Shown: positions 10,579 to 21,462, counted from the first letter of the stretch. The stretch is DNA of 64,000 bases from Synechococcus sp. (GCA_047284725.1 JBJBEO010000001.1:1912203-1976202); one strand, 5' to 3'. Notes: generated by a model from the letters alone, not told the origin. Numbers and translations: made by a program.

Positions 10579-11549
10579 GGCTTCCGGAGGCTCTCGAGCA
10601 GCTGAGCAACCAGCATCGCCACGGCATCGCCATCTCCAACGCTCAGAGGGTTGAGGTCCATATCGCCGGGATCGACAGCCAGCCAACCACCCGCCTGTGG
10701 TTTGCGAAGCTCGAAATGAAGGTGTGGACCTGTACTGAGACCGGTGCTGCCCACACGACCGATCACCTCGCCCTGACGCACCTGTTGCCCCCCCTTCACA
10801 TAGATCTCGGAGAGATGTCCGTAAAGGGTGCGGCGCTGGGGATCAGCATGCTCCAGCTCAACTGCGATGCCATAGCCACCCGCCAGACCGCTGCTGGCCA
10901 CCGTGCCGGATAACGCAGCCACCACAGGCGTGCCTTCCGGTGCCGCCAGATCCTTCCCGGCATGCATCAACCAGTTGCCCAACACCGGATGTAGACGCCA
11001 GCCAAATTCACTGGTGGTGATGGCTGAACCGATGATCGGGAACAGCAACTGCCGATCACCATTGCCGAGCAGTGCTTGCGGGCGAGGGGTCACAGAAAAG
11101 ACCGACTCCAGACGGAACCCCCGTCCCTCGAGCAACGCCGACACCGGCACCGTGATCGGGGGCAACGGCCTGCCATCCGCCCCACGGCGCAGTGTGGCTG
11201 GTAACCCATTGCCGCCGCGCTGCCTCCAGGCAATCCTGGCCGCCAGACTGCGCCCGGCACCACTGCGAACGGCCACTCCCGAAGCACATTCCTGGGCGGA
11301 AAGGGCACCGCTACGACAGGCCTGCTGCAATCGGGGCACATCAATCGGAGTGCCCATCACCTTGCCCTCAAGCTGCCTGCGCTCGGCAGGCGTAATCACT
11401 TGATTGCGCTCCAGATTCTCAAGCGAGCGATCGAACTGCAACGGCGGAGCCGGAGCAGGCAAGTCGGCTGGCGGCCTGACTGGACCAGGGAGATTGGGGG
11501 GAATGCCAGCCGGAACGGTCAGCAGCCAGACAGCAGCAAGCCAACGCAC
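10566..11549 (-). CDS. M23-family metallopeptidase
   Basis: Zinc motifs HAGKD, YGHL and STGPHLHFE. Confidence 0.9.
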   Translation of the reverse strand: MRWLAAVWLLTVPAGIPPNLPGPVRPPADLPAPAPPLQFDRSLENLERNQVITPAERRQLEGKVMGTPIDVPRLQQACRSGALSAQECASGVAVRSGAGRSLAARIAWRQRGGNGLPATLRRGADGRPLPPITVPVSALLEGRGFRLESVFSVTPRPQALLGNGDRQLLFPIIGSAITTSEFGWRLHPVLGNWLMHAGKDLAAPEGTPVVAALSGTVASSGLAGGYGIAVELEHADPQRRTLYGHLSEIYVKGGQQVRQGEVIGRVGSTGLSTGPHLHFELRKPQAGGWLAVDPGDMDLNPLSVGDGDAVAMLVAQLLESLRKPQDG

Positions 11550-11577
11550 AACCGATCGGAATCAATCTCAAAAAACC

Positions 11578-12351
11578 CTAGAGACTTGAGCTAGAAACTT
11601 CATCCCAGCGCGTCCAGCTGGTGGTCCGGATGCCATGACGCAAACGCAAGGAACCATCCTTCGCCAAACCCTCCACTGACCAGCGCTCGGCATTGAGAGG
11701 GTCCTTCACCGAACTCGCCCAGAGCCGAGCCTCCGTGGCCTTCACCACGACCTCCGGCTGTTCAGCCAACTGCATGGCCCGTTCAAACGCGGTCAACACC
11801 TCCGACGTCCACTGCAGTGTGCGCGGCCTGGGCAACAGCTGCTTCAAGGCGATCGCCCCTTGTGGCACGGCATTGACCACATTCAGGCCTAAGCCGACCC
11901 GAGCCAGACGCACTCGCCTGCCGCGATGGACCACACGCGGCAGAAGCCCAGCCAGCTTGTGGCCATCGACCAGCACATCATTGGGCCATTTGATCGCAAC
12001 GGTCAGGCCCGCAGCTTCCAGGCGTTCCGCCAAGCCCACCGCAACGGCCAGTCCGAACAGTCCGGCCGTCGATCCAGCACCAGACCAGGGCAGGGCTGCA
12101 CTGATCCACACCCCACCGGGAGGGGCAAGCCAACGACGCCCCCATTGTCCATGACTACAAATCTGGTGACGGGCGACCACTGCGCGAGGCATCAATCCAT
12201 TCCAGGGCTGAGCACCCAACCAGGAGGTGAGCTCTAGTTCAGTGCTGGCACACACCGGCAAACAACGCAGCTGCCAGGGGGGAGCACCACGAAGCTGGCG
12301 GATGCGAGCCAATGCCGCTGCGCCTGACGACCTCAGCACTGCTGACGCCAC
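11578..12351 (-). CDS. birA: Biotin--[acetyl-CoA carboxylase] ligase
   Basis: Motifs CASTE, HGQWGRRW and IKWPNDVLVDGHKLAGLL. Confidence 0.88.
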   Translation of the reverse strand: MASAVLRSSGAAALARIRQLRGAPPWQLRCLPVCASTELELTSWLGAQPWNGLMPRAVVARHQICSHGQWGRRWLAPPGGVWISAALPWSGAGSTAGLFGLAVAVGLAERLEAAGLTVAIKWPNDVLVDGHKLAGLLPRVVHRGRRVRLARVGLGLNVVNAVPQGAIALKQLLPRPRTLQWTSEVLTAFERAMQLAEQPEVVVKATEARLWASSVKDPLNAERWSVEGLAKDGSLRLRHGIRTTSWTRWDEVSSSSL

Positions 12352-13526
12352 CAGGATTCCAGACGCCCGACAGCCGCCTCCAGCTGTGCCGAGGGCCGCA
12401 CAAGCGCCATGCGAAGCCAGTCGCGACCAGCCTCGCCAAATCCGGAACCGGGCGTGAGGGCGACACCCGTTTGCTCCAGCAAAGCAGCGGCCAGTGCTTC
12501 GTCATCGAGGCCCCGTTGCTGGGCCCAGGATGGCAAGGGCAACCACAGATACAAGGCCATGGAGGGGGTTGGCGCCTGCCAACCCAACTGCTGCAAAGCC
12601 GCAAGCGCCCGATCACGGCGTTCCCGATACACCGGCAGGATCTGCTGCGGCCAGTCTGGCGCTTGCGACAGTGCTGCGATCGCGCCTTGTTGCAACGCCG
12701 AGGACTGGTTGAAATCCACGACCCCCTTGAGCTGACGCAACGCTGTGATCAACGGTTCCGCTCCGACCGCGAAGGCCAGACGAAACCCTCCCAGGCACCA
12801 TCCCTTCGACAGGGAAAAAAATTCGATGCCTCGCTCGCGCCAACCCTCGGTACGGAGAAGCGCAGGGGCCTCCCCTTCCAGCACCAGATCCACGTAGGGA
12901 TTGTCGTGGGCGAAGACCAGGTCATGGCGGCATGCCTTCGCCATCCCCTCCTCAAGCCAGGCTTGTGCTCCCACCTGGGCGGTGGGGTTATGGGGAAAGC
13001 CCATCACCATCAGGCGTAACTGATCCCAGACGCTCTCACTGATGGCGTCGTAGCGAGGGCGCCAGTGCTGCTCAGCCGTCAAGGCCAACCGATGAATGGC
13101 CGCGTCGGCCAACACCATCCCACCACGGTGTGATGGATAACAAGGGTCCAGAATCAGCCCCGCATCACCAGGGCTGAGAACCGCCAGAGGGAGGTGGGCT
13201 GTTCCCTCCTGGGAACCCACCAGCATGATCACTTCTCTCTCAGGGTCAACCGCCACTCCAAAACGCTGATCGCACCAGGCAGCAACAGCGTCCCGCAGGG
13301 GGCGAGTCCCGGCGTGGAGGCAATAGGACGCACTCTCAGGTAGGGACAACGCGGACGTGATTGCATCGAGGGCAGCCGGCGGCGGCTGGAGATCGGTGGA
13401 TCCCAACGAGAGGTCCACCAAGGGTTGATTCTCGGCGTTGGCGCTGGTCTTGTAGCGCTGCTTGCGTTGATCATTGCGATCAAAAACGCCGCTGCCGAGC
13501 TGCTCAAGTCGCCTAGAGGTGAGCAT
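12333..13526 (-). CDS. PLP-dependent aminotransferase class I/II (DapL-like)
   Basis: Motifs GSQEG, FPHNPT, HDNPY and SLSKGWCLGGFRLAF. Start MLTSRR at 13526. Confidence 0.88.
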   Translation of the reverse strand: MLTSRRLEQLGSGVFDRNDQRKQRYKTSANAENQPLVDLSLGSTDLQPPPAALDAITSALSLPESASYCLHAGTRPLRDAVAAWCDQRFGVAVDPEREVIMLVGSQEGTAHLPLAVLSPGDAGLILDPCYPSHRGGMVLADAAIHRLALTAEQHWRPRYDAISESVWDQLRLMVMGFPHNPTAQVGAQAWLEEGMAKACRHDLVFAHDNPYVDLVLEGEAPALLRTEGWRERGIEFFSLSKGWCLGGFRLAFAVGAEPLITALRQLKGVVDFNQSSALQQGAIAALSQAPDWPQQILPVYRERRDRALAALQQLGWQAPTPSMALYLWLPLPSWAQQRGLDDEALAAALLEQTGVALTPGSGFGEAGRDWLRMALVRPSAQLEAAVGRLESWWRQQC

Positions 13527-13839
13527 CCAGGAATGCCTGCAGCTGGGGCTTCGCGATCGCACCCTCCTGGCGAGCGATCTCCTTGCCTTCGCGATAAAGA
13601 ATCAAGGTGGGAATGCCCTGCACCTCGTAGGCATCACGCGTGGCAGGGTTGCCATCCACCTCGAGCTTGCCCACCAGCAACTTGCCGGCATAGGTCTCGG
13701 CCGCCCAGTCCATCATTGGAGCCATCAAACGGCAGGGACCGCACCAGGGAGCCCAGAAATCCACCAGCACGGTTGTGGATGCCTGCAGCACCTCCGACGC
13801 GAACGAGGCATCGGTGAAGTCAGACACGGATTGGCCCAC
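13513..13839 (-). CDS. Thioredoxin
   Basis: VDFWAPWCGPC active site and GIPTL; 108 aa. Confidence 0.93.
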   Translation of the reverse strand: MGQSVSDFTDASFASEVLQASTTVLVDFWAPWCGPCRLMAPMMDWAAETYAGKLLVGKLEVDGNPATRDAYEVQGIPTLILYREGKEIARQEGAIAKPQLQAFLDAHL

Positions 13840-13909
13840 GGCAGCTGGTGTAATGCCCCCCGATCCTATGGAGCCGATCGAGGGGATGGGTTGAAGACAA
13901 GCGACGGCT

Positions 13910-14680
13910 TCAGAGTTTGTCGATCGACTTCTTCAGTTCCTCAAGGTCAGCATCCACCTCCGAAACCTTCACAGGCTCCACTGCGGGGGCATCGCCTGCC
14001 GGCAGAGCCACGGCTTCCGGACCACCGGCCAGGCGTTGGCGCAGGCTGGCGAGCTCGTCATCGACATCGCTTCCTCCCTCCAGGGCTGCAAACTGGCTCT
14101 CCAGATCAGCGCCGGCCAGCTCCGCCGCAGCCTGGCTGCTGGCTTCCATCGCTTCCACCTTGTCTTCCATGCGCTCAAACGCAGCCATGGCGGTGTTAGT
14201 GCCGAGATTGCCGACGGCACTCTGAAGCTGCTGCTGAGCCTGGGCCGCCTGGGCACGGGCCTTGAGCATGTCTTTCTTGGTACGGGCCTCAGCGATCTTT
14301 CCTTCAAGGGCGACAAGACTCCGCTTCAGGGTCTCCACCTGGGTGTCCTGTCCCTTCACCTGGGAAGAAAGGGACGTTGCCGTCTCCTGGAAGGTCTTAC
14401 GGCGGGACAGGGCTTCTCTTGCCAGATCCTCCTCTCCCTTCTTCAGCGCCAGTTCCGCTCGTTCGTACCAGGTCTTCGACTGCGCTTCCGCCTGCTCCGC
14501 CTGGTTGCGTAAGCGCTTCTGGCTGGCGATCGCCATGGCCACGGCCTGGCGAAGCTTCACCAGATCCGACTGCATATCGGCGACCGATTGATCCAGGATC
14601 TTGACGGGGTCCTCCAGGCTGCTCACAGCAGCATTGGCGTTGGCACGAACCAGTCGGCTCAGCCGATCGAAGAAACCCAT
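13910..14680 (-). CDS. vipp1: PspA/IM30 family protein (Vipp1)
   Basis: N-terminus MGFFDRLSRLVRAN, long coiled coil and C-terminal extension ending ELKKSIDKL. Confidence 0.92.
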   Translation of the reverse strand: MGFFDRLSRLVRANANAAVSSLEDPVKILDQSVADMQSDLVKLRQAVAMAIASQKRLRNQAEQAEAQSKTWYERAELALKKGEEDLAREALSRRKTFQETATSLSSQVKGQDTQVETLKRSLVALEGKIAEARTKKDMLKARAQAAQAQQQLQSAVGNLGTNTAMAAFERMEDKVEAMEASSQAAAELAGADLESQFAALEGGSDVDDELASLRQRLAGGPEAVALPAGDAPAVEPVKVSEVDADLEELKKSIDKL

Positions 14681-14784
14681 GGTGCGAGGGAAGGGTGGAA
14701 GTGCTGCAGCTGGAGGCTAGCGAGATGCGACCGACACTCCACCTACGATCGCCACAAGCCAATTTCAAAGAGGCAGCAGCGGTC

Positions 14785-15324
14785 ATGGCCAGGGCTCCGA
14801 AATCCCAACGCCGGCCCTTCGGCAAGGGGGAGTTGCTGCAGCCCCCGCCGCCTGCACCGGCTGAACCGATCGGCTCTTGCCTGGAGGCCCTGCGCAACAG
14901 CTGGCGCCGCGATGGTTCGCTGGCCGCCATCTGGCAGGACTGGCCCCAGTTGGCGGGTGAGCACCTGGCTCCCCATTGCCGACCGCTGCAGTTGCAAGGA
15001 GGCCTGCTCACCGTGGGAGCCAGCCATCCGCAATGGCGCCAAGCCCTCCTCTACAGCCGCCCCCAACTGCTCACAGCGCTTCGGGCAGCAGGCCATCGCA
15101 TCAAGGATCTGCGCATCCAACAGCATCACAGGACCCAGCCCCCCCAGCTGGAAAGTGAATCAGCCGTCTGGGCACGGCACCCCAGCCGCATCGATGTGCA
15201 CGGCATGGCGTCCTGCCCCACCTGCGGGCGCCCTTCACCAGCGGGAGAAATGGCCCTTTGGGGTCATTGCGGCTTTTGCCGTCGAAGTGAACTGGCCTCC
15301 CTTGTCTCCGACACGTCTCAATAA
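14785..15324 (+). CDS. DUF721/DciA-like protein with C-terminal Zn ribbon
   Basis: WQDWPQLAGEHLAPHCRP segment; CPTC...CGFC. Confidence 0.75.
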   Translation: MARAPKSQRRPFGKGELLQPPPPAPAEPIGSCLEALRNSWRRDGSLAAIWQDWPQLAGEHLAPHCRPLQLQGGLLTVGASHPQWRQALLYSRPQLLTALRAAGHRIKDLRIQQHHRTQPPQLESESAVWARHPSRIDVHGMASCPTCGRPSPAGEMALWGHCGFCRRSELASLVSDTSQ

Positions 15325-17168
15325 CGCTCGGGCCTGGGGTCGCGCCAATCGGGGTTAACACCCTCCTGCTGCAAGGCACGGGCACGATCATCAAGACGAC
15401 GACGGTCGACCCGCCAGAGCCGATAGATGCCATGGCTTGCCAGCTCCTCGGGCTCGAGCCCCTGCCAATGGGGACGCTCGCTCGTTGTGGCATCAATCAC
15501 CACAAGGACCGTGGGCTGGGACTTCAGCGACGTCCCCTTCCAGCCACGACGACTCTGCTCGTGGCTGAAGCGATCGGCCACGTTGACCAAAGCCCCTTTC
15601 GACACTCCCTCGAAGACCACCACCTGATCGGTATAGAAATGAAGTGAGGGCTTCATCGCACCCACCATGGCAAGCGGTTCGATGCCAACCCGGTCTCGCT
15701 CGCGCACGATCGCTTCAGCCACCTGACGCACGGGCAACTGACGGACACGATCGCCAAGGACCATCATCGGCACCAGTGACACCAGCTGGAACACCACCAC
15801 CGGGGCCTGCATCGCCAGCAACCGGCCGGGCTTAGGACGCCAGCAGAGCCAGGCACCAAGCACCACCACGACGGTGAAACAGACAGCGGCGCGAAGCACC
15901 AGTCCACTGGCAAGCAGTTCAGCCGGGAGGGTGGGCATCTCTGGATCGTCGATCAAGGGAACCCAGAGCCCAGAGCCCCACAGCCCCCCGGCGAGCACTG
16001 CCGCCAACGCCAGTGACGCCAGCCAGGCCAACGTCTTTGCCCGCTGGGAACGAGCCGCATCAGGCAGCAGCGAAAGGGCGATCAACAGTCCGGCGGCGGG
16101 GGTGGCAGGCAACCAGTAGCTGGGCAGCTTGGTGGCGGCAGACGTGAAGAGCAGGAGTACCGCCAGCAACCAGCAGGCGGCGAACAGCTGCAGACTCTGA
16201 GGCGAGGTCGATGGCCTGCCGGGGCGACGCAGTCGCTGAGCCACCTGAGCCAGACCCAGGAACAACAAAGGCGTGAACGGCAAGGCGGCAATCACAAGCA
16301 CCGGACCGAAGAACCACCAGGGCTGCAGATGGCTGTTCACAACCGAGGTGAAGCGTTGAAAGTTGTGATAACCAAAGAAGCTGTCCCAGAAAGGCTGGCC
16401 CTCCACCAGCAACTCGAGGCCATACCAGGGAAGACTGATCAGCGCGGTGATCAGAAGCCCCGGCAGAGGCCGCAGCTCACACCACAGACCACAGAGCTGA
16501 CGACGAGCCAGGCCAAAGAGAAGCAGCGTGATGCCGCTGAGCACCACGGCCACGGGGCCTTTGGTGAGGACTGCCAATCCCAGCAGGACCCAGGCCAGCC
16601 ACCAACGGCGCCCACCACTGGCATGGCAGCGCCATTGGCAGAGAAAGCTGAGGGCGAGTGTGCCGCTGAGCAAGCCATCACTGACCGCAGTGCGGCTCCA
16701 CAACAGAACCAGGGGAGACAGAGCAAACGCCAGGGCCGCCGCGACAGCAGTACGGCGAGGGAACGGATCGGCCCCCTGGGGGAAGCGCATCAGGGTATCC
16801 CCGAGCATCAGCATCGTGGCAAGGGTTCCCAAAGCCGAAGGGAAACGGCCCGCCCACGTGCCAAGAGGGTCCCATGAGGGCTGACCGGGCAAGGCATAGG
16901 CCCCGCCCATCAACCAGTACACCAGGGGGGGTTTGTCATAGCGGGGCAGCCCATTGACCCGGGGAGTCAGCCAATCCCCGGTGCGAGCCATGGCCCGGCC
17001 AGCAGCGGCGAAGAGTGGCGGGGTTTCATCCACCAGACCGTTGGCGCCGAGCTGCCAGAAGCAAATCACCAGACCAAGCCCCAGCACCAGCAGCAGACCT
17101 CGGCGCCGCTGTCGCCGCGCGAGTGACTGGGGAGAGTCGGGGGCCACAGCCTCAGAGGAAGTACTCAT
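15318..17168 (-). CDS. Glycosyltransferase family 39 (ArnT-like)
   Basis: Motifs LVDETPPLF, DKPPLVYW, LTKGP and TKLPSYWLP; many transmembrane segments. Confidence 0.88.
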   Translation of the reverse strand: MSTSSEAVAPDSPQSLARRQRRRGLLLVLGLGLVICFWQLGANGLVDETPPLFAAAGRAMARTGDWLTPRVNGLPRYDKPPLVYWLMGGAYALPGQPSWDPLGTWAGRFPSALGTLATMLMLGDTLMRFPQGADPFPRRTAVAAALAFALSPLVLLWSRTAVSDGLLSGTLALSFLCQWRCHASGGRRWWLAWVLLGLAVLTKGPVAVVLSGITLLLFGLARRQLCGLWCELRPLPGLLITALISLPWYGLELLVEGQPFWDSFFGYHNFQRFTSVVNSHLQPWWFFGPVLVIAALPFTPLLFLGLAQVAQRLRRPGRPSTSPQSLQLFAACWLLAVLLLFTSAATKLPSYWLPATPAAGLLIALSLLPDAARSQRAKTLAWLASLALAAVLAGGLWGSGLWVPLIDDPEMPTLPAELLASGLVLRAAVCFTVVVVLGAWLCWRPKPGRLLAMQAPVVVFQLVSLVPMMVLGDRVRQLPVRQVAEAIVRERDRVGIEPLAMVGAMKPSLHFYTDQVVVFEGVSKGALVNVADRFSHEQSRRGWKGTSLKSQPTVLVVIDATTSERPHWQGLEPEELASHGIYRLWRVDRRRLDDRARALQQEGVNPDWRDPRPERY

Positions 17169-18286
17169 CGGGTGATGCTGCCATCCCCGGGAACAAGGCC
17201 GTCTCGGATCCAGGACTCGACCCGTTCGGCAAACACGTCCTGACTGGCATGGTCCTCGACCCAGTGCCGGCAGGCCTGCCGATCGAGGCTCACAGCCTGC
17301 AGGGTGGCCTCCTGCAAAGCACCGACATCGTCGGGGGGCACCAGAAATCCAGTCAGGCCGTGCAGCACCAGCTCAGCCGGCCCCCCACGGGCGTAGGCCA
17401 CCACGGGCACCCCGCAGGCGAGGGCCTCCACCACAACGTTGCCATAGGCCTCATTCCATTTGGGCGTGTTCAGCAGGGCACGACACCCTCCCAGTTCAGC
17501 CTGCAACGCGTCGGTGGCCAGAAACCCGCGCCAGTGGATTGTGCCTGCCGGCACCGAAGCCTCCACTCGCTCGGCGTAGGCCAGGTCTTCCCGCACGCCC
17601 CAAACCCATAACCGCTCACCAAGGGCTGCTGCCACTGCTGCCGCATCCTCGAGTCCCTTCTCGGGTGCCACCCTGCCGGCCCAGCCCAGGGGGCCACCGC
17701 CAGCAGCTCGAAACCTGTAGGAGCGGAGGTCGAAACCGTTACCCACCAATCGAGGTGGGGCTTGGAGGTGGAAATCGGACGCCTGTGCCTGGGTGTGAAA
17801 TGCCATGCGGCGCTGATCCCAGCAGGCCAACTCGGCAATTTGCCGGTCCATCACATCCGCCACCGAGCCCATGCTCACCAGATGGAAGAGCTTTTCCGGC
17901 ACACGCGGAGTCAGCCACAACGGCAGCCAGTCGTAGCCGCAATTGAGCACAGCGTCGGCCTCGCTAGCAAGGGCCAGAGCTCGCTCCCACAGACGCGGCA
18001 ACAGCCCTTGATCAGGAATGGTCACGGCCGCCGATCGCTCAGCGTGCTGCCAGCTGGGTTGATCCAGTCCGCTGACCGTTTCAAGTCTGAGCTGGTCAGA
18101 CGCCACCGGCGGAACGGATCCCTCTGGCGCCACCAGGGTGAGGCGATGGCCCCGTTCAAGCAAGCCGCGAACCAAGGATGCGAGCGTTAATTCCACTCCG
18201 CCGCCGCGGCCACTGCCGAGGTGACCGATCGGGGTGCTCACAAGCACAAGATGCATCGGCCGTGTACGGCCCAAAGTCCCACTCAT
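17165..18286 (-). CDS. Glycosyltransferase family 4
   Basis: Motifs GGGVE, GRVAPEKG and EAYGNVVVEALACGVPV. Start overlaps the upstream stop (ATGA). Confidence 0.9.
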   Translation of the reverse strand: MSGTLGRTRPMHLVLVSTPIGHLGSGRGGGVELTLASLVRGLLERGHRLTLVAPEGSVPPVASDQLRLETVSGLDQPSWQHAERSAAVTIPDQGLLPRLWERALALASEADAVLNCGYDWLPLWLTPRVPEKLFHLVSMGSVADVMDRQIAELACWDQRRMAFHTQAQASDFHLQAPPRLVGNGFDLRSYRFRAAGGGPLGWAGRVAPEKGLEDAAAVAAALGERLWVWGVREDLAYAERVEASVPAGTIHWRGFLATDALQAELGGCRALLNTPKWNEAYGNVVVEALACGVPVVAYARGGPAELVLHGLTGFLVPPDDVGALQEATLQAVSLDRQACRHWVEDHASQDVFAERVESWIRDGLVPGDGSITR

Positions 18287-19239
18287 CCTTCTCCCCCTCC
18301 CATGGCCACCGCCGCATGGCTGGGCTCCCACCAGCGCCGACGTTGACTCACCAAGACCACCGATAGCAACACCATCACCACACCAACCCACTGCAAGGGC
18401 GCCAGGCGCTCCTGCAGCCACAGACCGCCTGAAGCGAGGGCAAACACAGGCGTGAGAAAACCGAGCGTTGAGAAAGCGGTGAGTTCACGCCGATTGGCGA
18501 ACCAAAAGAAGAGGGCATAGGCCAGGGCGCTGCCAAGCAGGCTGGCGTAGCCCATCAAGAGCCACTGCTGCTGCGTCCATTCCGGCACCAGGGGATAGGA
18601 AGAATCCCAGCCATGCCACGCCAGCAGCGGCAGACCTCCAAGCAACATGTGCCACCCCGTCACCGTGACGGGATGGCTGGCGCTGCAGGCATAGCGGCTG
18701 ATCACGGTGCCAAGAGCCATGGCCACAGCTGCGGCCAGCATCCAGACCGTTCCGCCTTCCCAAAGCCCCGAGGGAGCCACGGAATCACCCAGCAACCACC
18801 AGTGCCGCAACAGATCGGAGGGAACTCCTAAACAGACAATCCCCGCCAAACCAAGCATCAACCCAAACCAACCCACCGGGTTGATCGCTTCAGCGAACAG
18901 ACTGCGAGCCAGGAGAGCCACCATCAACGGTTGGGAATCGATCAACACCGACCCCAGGCCAGCACCGGTTTGCTGGAGCCCTCTGGCCAGACAGAACTGA
19001 AAGACGGTGGCGTCGATCAAGGTGAAGACCAGAAACCAAATCCTGTCTTGAGGAGCGATTCGCCAGGACGCACCCAATAACGGGAGCGCGAGAAGGAGCG
19101 CCAGCCCCGCGGGCACCAATCGCAAGCTGGCCACCAATTCCGGGCCGCCACTGGCCAACAACGGCGCCATCGCTGCCATGGCAGTGCCCCATAACGCAAA
19201 CGGCAGCACCATCAGCAGCCCGAGACGAATCGACACCAT
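18283..19239 (-). CDS. DMT/EamA family transporter
   Basis: About 10 hydrophobic helices arranged as two EamA-like halves. Confidence 0.88.
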   Translation of the reverse strand: MVSIRLGLLMVLPFALWGTAMAAMAPLLASGGPELVASLRLVPAGLALLLALPLLGASWRIAPQDRIWFLVFTLIDATVFQFCLARGLQQTGAGLGSVLIDSQPLMVALLARSLFAEAINPVGWFGLMLGLAGIVCLGVPSDLLRHWWLLGDSVAPSGLWEGGTVWMLAAAVAMALGTVISRYACSASHPVTVTGWHMLLGGLPLLAWHGWDSSYPLVPEWTQQQWLLMGYASLLGSALAYALFFWFANRRELTAFSTLGFLTPVFALASGGLWLQERLAPLQWVGVVMVLLSVVLVSQRRRWWEPSHAAVAMGGGEG

Positions 19240-19292
19240 CACGGCACTTCACAGGCTCCTTTTTAAGATCCTGAGCGCAACGATTGATGGAC

Positions 19293-20102
19293 ATGGTCTG
19301 GCCCTGGCGCCGCAAATCCCGGCGACGGATGGCACGCATCACCATTGAAGGGGCGATTGCGTCGGACACCCGCAAACGGGTGCTCAAGGCATTGCGGGAG
19401 GTGGAGAAGCGGGAATTCCCCGCGCTGCTGCTGCGCATCGACAGCCCAGGCGGCACGGTAGGCGACAGCCAGGAGATCCACGCCGCCCTGCTCCGCCTGC
19501 GCGAGAAGGGATGCCGCGTGGTTGCCAGCTTCGGCAACATTTCCGCGTCCGGGGGGGTTTATGTCGGAGTGGCAGCGGAGAAGATCGTGTCGAATCCCGG
19601 CACCATCACCGGGTCGATTGGCGTGATCCTGCGCGGTAACAATCTCTCCCGATTGCTCGAACGGATCGGTATCCAGTTTGAAACCGTCAAGAGCGGTGCT
19701 TACAAAGACATCCTTTCCCCGGATCGTGGCCTCAGCCCCGAGGAGAGGCAGTTACTGCAGGCCCTGATCGACAGCAGCTACAGCCAATTTGTGGAGGCGG
19801 TCGCCGCCGGTCGCCAGCTCAGCCAAAACGACGTGCGGGCGTTCGCTGACGGCAGGGTGTTCAGCGGCGCCCAGGCCAAGGAGCTTGGACTGGTCGATGA
19901 GCTCGGGGACGAAGAACATGCACGCGCCCTGGCGGCTCAACTGGCGGATCTCGAAGACGACTGCAAGCCCGTCACCCTTGGCAAACCGAAGAAAACCTTG
20001 CTGGCTCGTCTTCCAGGAGGGGCTTTGTTCATTCAAATCAGCGATCTGATTGCGACAGAGCTGACGTCTTGCGGACAGGCCCTCTGGCTGTATCGGCCAT
20101 GA
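19293..20102 (+). CDS. sppA: Signal peptide peptidase, short (36K) form
   Basis: Motifs LRIDSPGG, ISASGGVY, ITGSIGV and KSGAYKD. Confidence 0.92.
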   Translation: MVWPWRRKSRRRMARITIEGAIASDTRKRVLKALREVEKREFPALLLRIDSPGGTVGDSQEIHAALLRLREKGCRVVASFGNISASGGVYVGVAAEKIVSNPGTITGSIGVILRGNNLSRLLERIGIQFETVKSGAYKDILSPDRGLSPEERQLLQALIDSSYSQFVEAVAAGRQLSQNDVRAFADGRVFSGAQAKELGLVDELGDEEHARALAAQLADLEDDCKPVTLGKPKKTLLARLPGGALFIQISDLIATELTSCGQALWLYRP

Positions 20103-20494
20103 CGCCACCTTCCATCGCCAATGGATTGAGCCTGCGGGGCCTGAGGGGAGCCACCACCTGCGAAACCAACAGCATCGCCGCCATCGAAACAGCGGTTGAT
20201 GAACTTGTCACCTGCCTGGTGAAACGCAACGGCCTTGATGCCGAACGCATTGTGTCGGTGACGTTCTCCGTGACGGCAGATCTCGACGCCTGTTTCCCGG
20301 CAGCCATCGCCCGACGACAGCCAGGCTGGGATCAGGTGGCACTGCTTGACTGCCAGCAGATGGCTGTCCAAGGGGATCTGCCCCGCTGCATTCGGTTACT
20401 GGCGCACGTGTGGCTTCCATCGGGACAAACCCCTTGCCACGCCTACCTAGGCGAGGCAAGCCGGCTACGGCCAGACAGATCCGGTCACAACTGA
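20099..20494 (+). CDS. aroH: Chorismate mutase, AroH type
   Basis: Motifs RGLRGATT, FPAAIAR and PRCIR; C-terminal LRPD. Confidence 0.92.
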   Translation: MTPPSIANGLSLRGLRGATTCETNSIAAIETAVDELVTCLVKRNGLDAERIVSVTFSVTADLDACFPAAIARRQPGWDQVALLDCQQMAVQGDLPRCIRLLAHVWLPSGQTPCHAYLGEASRLRPDRSGHN

Positions 20495-20612
20495 CAGCTG
20501 GAATGCCGGCCCCTCGGGCACCATTCATCGAACCACTTCGAGACAATCAAGACATCTGTATTGCTCGATCGCTGCTGGCTCCATCCCACGCACTGATCAA
20601 CACGTTTTTCGA

Positions 20613-21236
20613 ATGCATCCATCCACCCCAAGCCGTCTAGTTCAGAAGCTGCGGCACGCATCCCTCTCCAGTGCGCTGGCAGGAGGGTTGGCAGCGGCTG
20701 GCGTGTTGGCTGCCGCCCCTCTGCTTGAAGGTGCGAAGCCAAGTCCTGCCAAGGCCCAAGCAACCCCTGCGCTACTGGAGTTTCGATGGGAAGACAACCG
20801 TGATTACAGAAAGCTCTATTACTTCCAGAGCTCGACCCGCAAGCTGGATCGCGCCGAGTATTTCTTCATCCTGCGGCCCAAAGATCGCAAGAACGCCATT
20901 CTCAAACTCACGATCGAAGTCCCGGATTACTTCAACGCCAAGATCGTTCCTGACAAGATCGAGCTCTGCAGAATGAAGCTGGGCGGCATGCTTGCACGTA
21001 GCAAGTGCCTGGAGACTCTTCCAGCCGTCATCGAGGTCAACGAAGCGCAGACGGCGATTGAAGTGTTTCCCCAAACGCCTGTCCCCTCAGATGAAGACAC
21101 CTATGCGGTGGTGATGAAGATTTTCAATCCCAACAACGCTGGCATGTTCCAGTTCAATGCCCTCGCTCAGGCCCCTGGGGATGTGCCTGTGTCTGGGTAC
21201 CTGGGCAGCTGGTCCATCGACATCGATGTCGATTGA
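20613..21236 (+). CDS. Cyanobacterial exported protein (DUF2808-like)
   Basis: Signal-peptide-like N-terminus; NPNNAGMFQFNA...YLGSW. Start uncertain. Confidence 0.7.
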   Translation: MHPSTPSRLVQKLRHASLSSALAGGLAAAGVLAAAPLLEGAKPSPAKAQATPALLEFRWEDNRDYRKLYYFQSSTRKLDRAEYFFILRPKDRKNAILKLTIEVPDYFNAKIVPDKIELCRMKLGGMLARSKCLETLPAVIEVNEAQTAIEVFPQTPVPSDEDTYAVVMKIFNPNNAGMFQFNALAQAPGDVPVSGYLGSWSIDIDVD

Positions 21237-21295
21237 TCGGGAACCCAGCTGGTAAATTGTTGAATTGACGACAGGCCGGACGCCGAAACTCAACC

Positions 21296-21433
21296 ATGAC
21301 GAAACGAACTCTCGGTGGCACCAGCCGTAAGCGCAAGCGCGTTTCCGGTTTTCGTGTGCGGATGCGGACCCACACCGGTCGTCGTGTCATTCGCAGCCGC
21401 CGCAAGCGTGGTCGGGCCCGTCTCGCTGCCTGA
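21296..21433 (+). CDS. rpmH: 50S ribosomal protein L34 (not in ORF track)
   Basis: Hand translation gives [45 protein letters not shown]; lies upstream of rnpA-yidC. Confidence 0.97.
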   Translation: MTKRTLGGTSRKRKRVSGFRVRMRTHTGRRVIRSRRKRGRARLAA

Positions 21434-21462
21434 TCTCGCTGCTCAACAAACAGCCTTTTTCG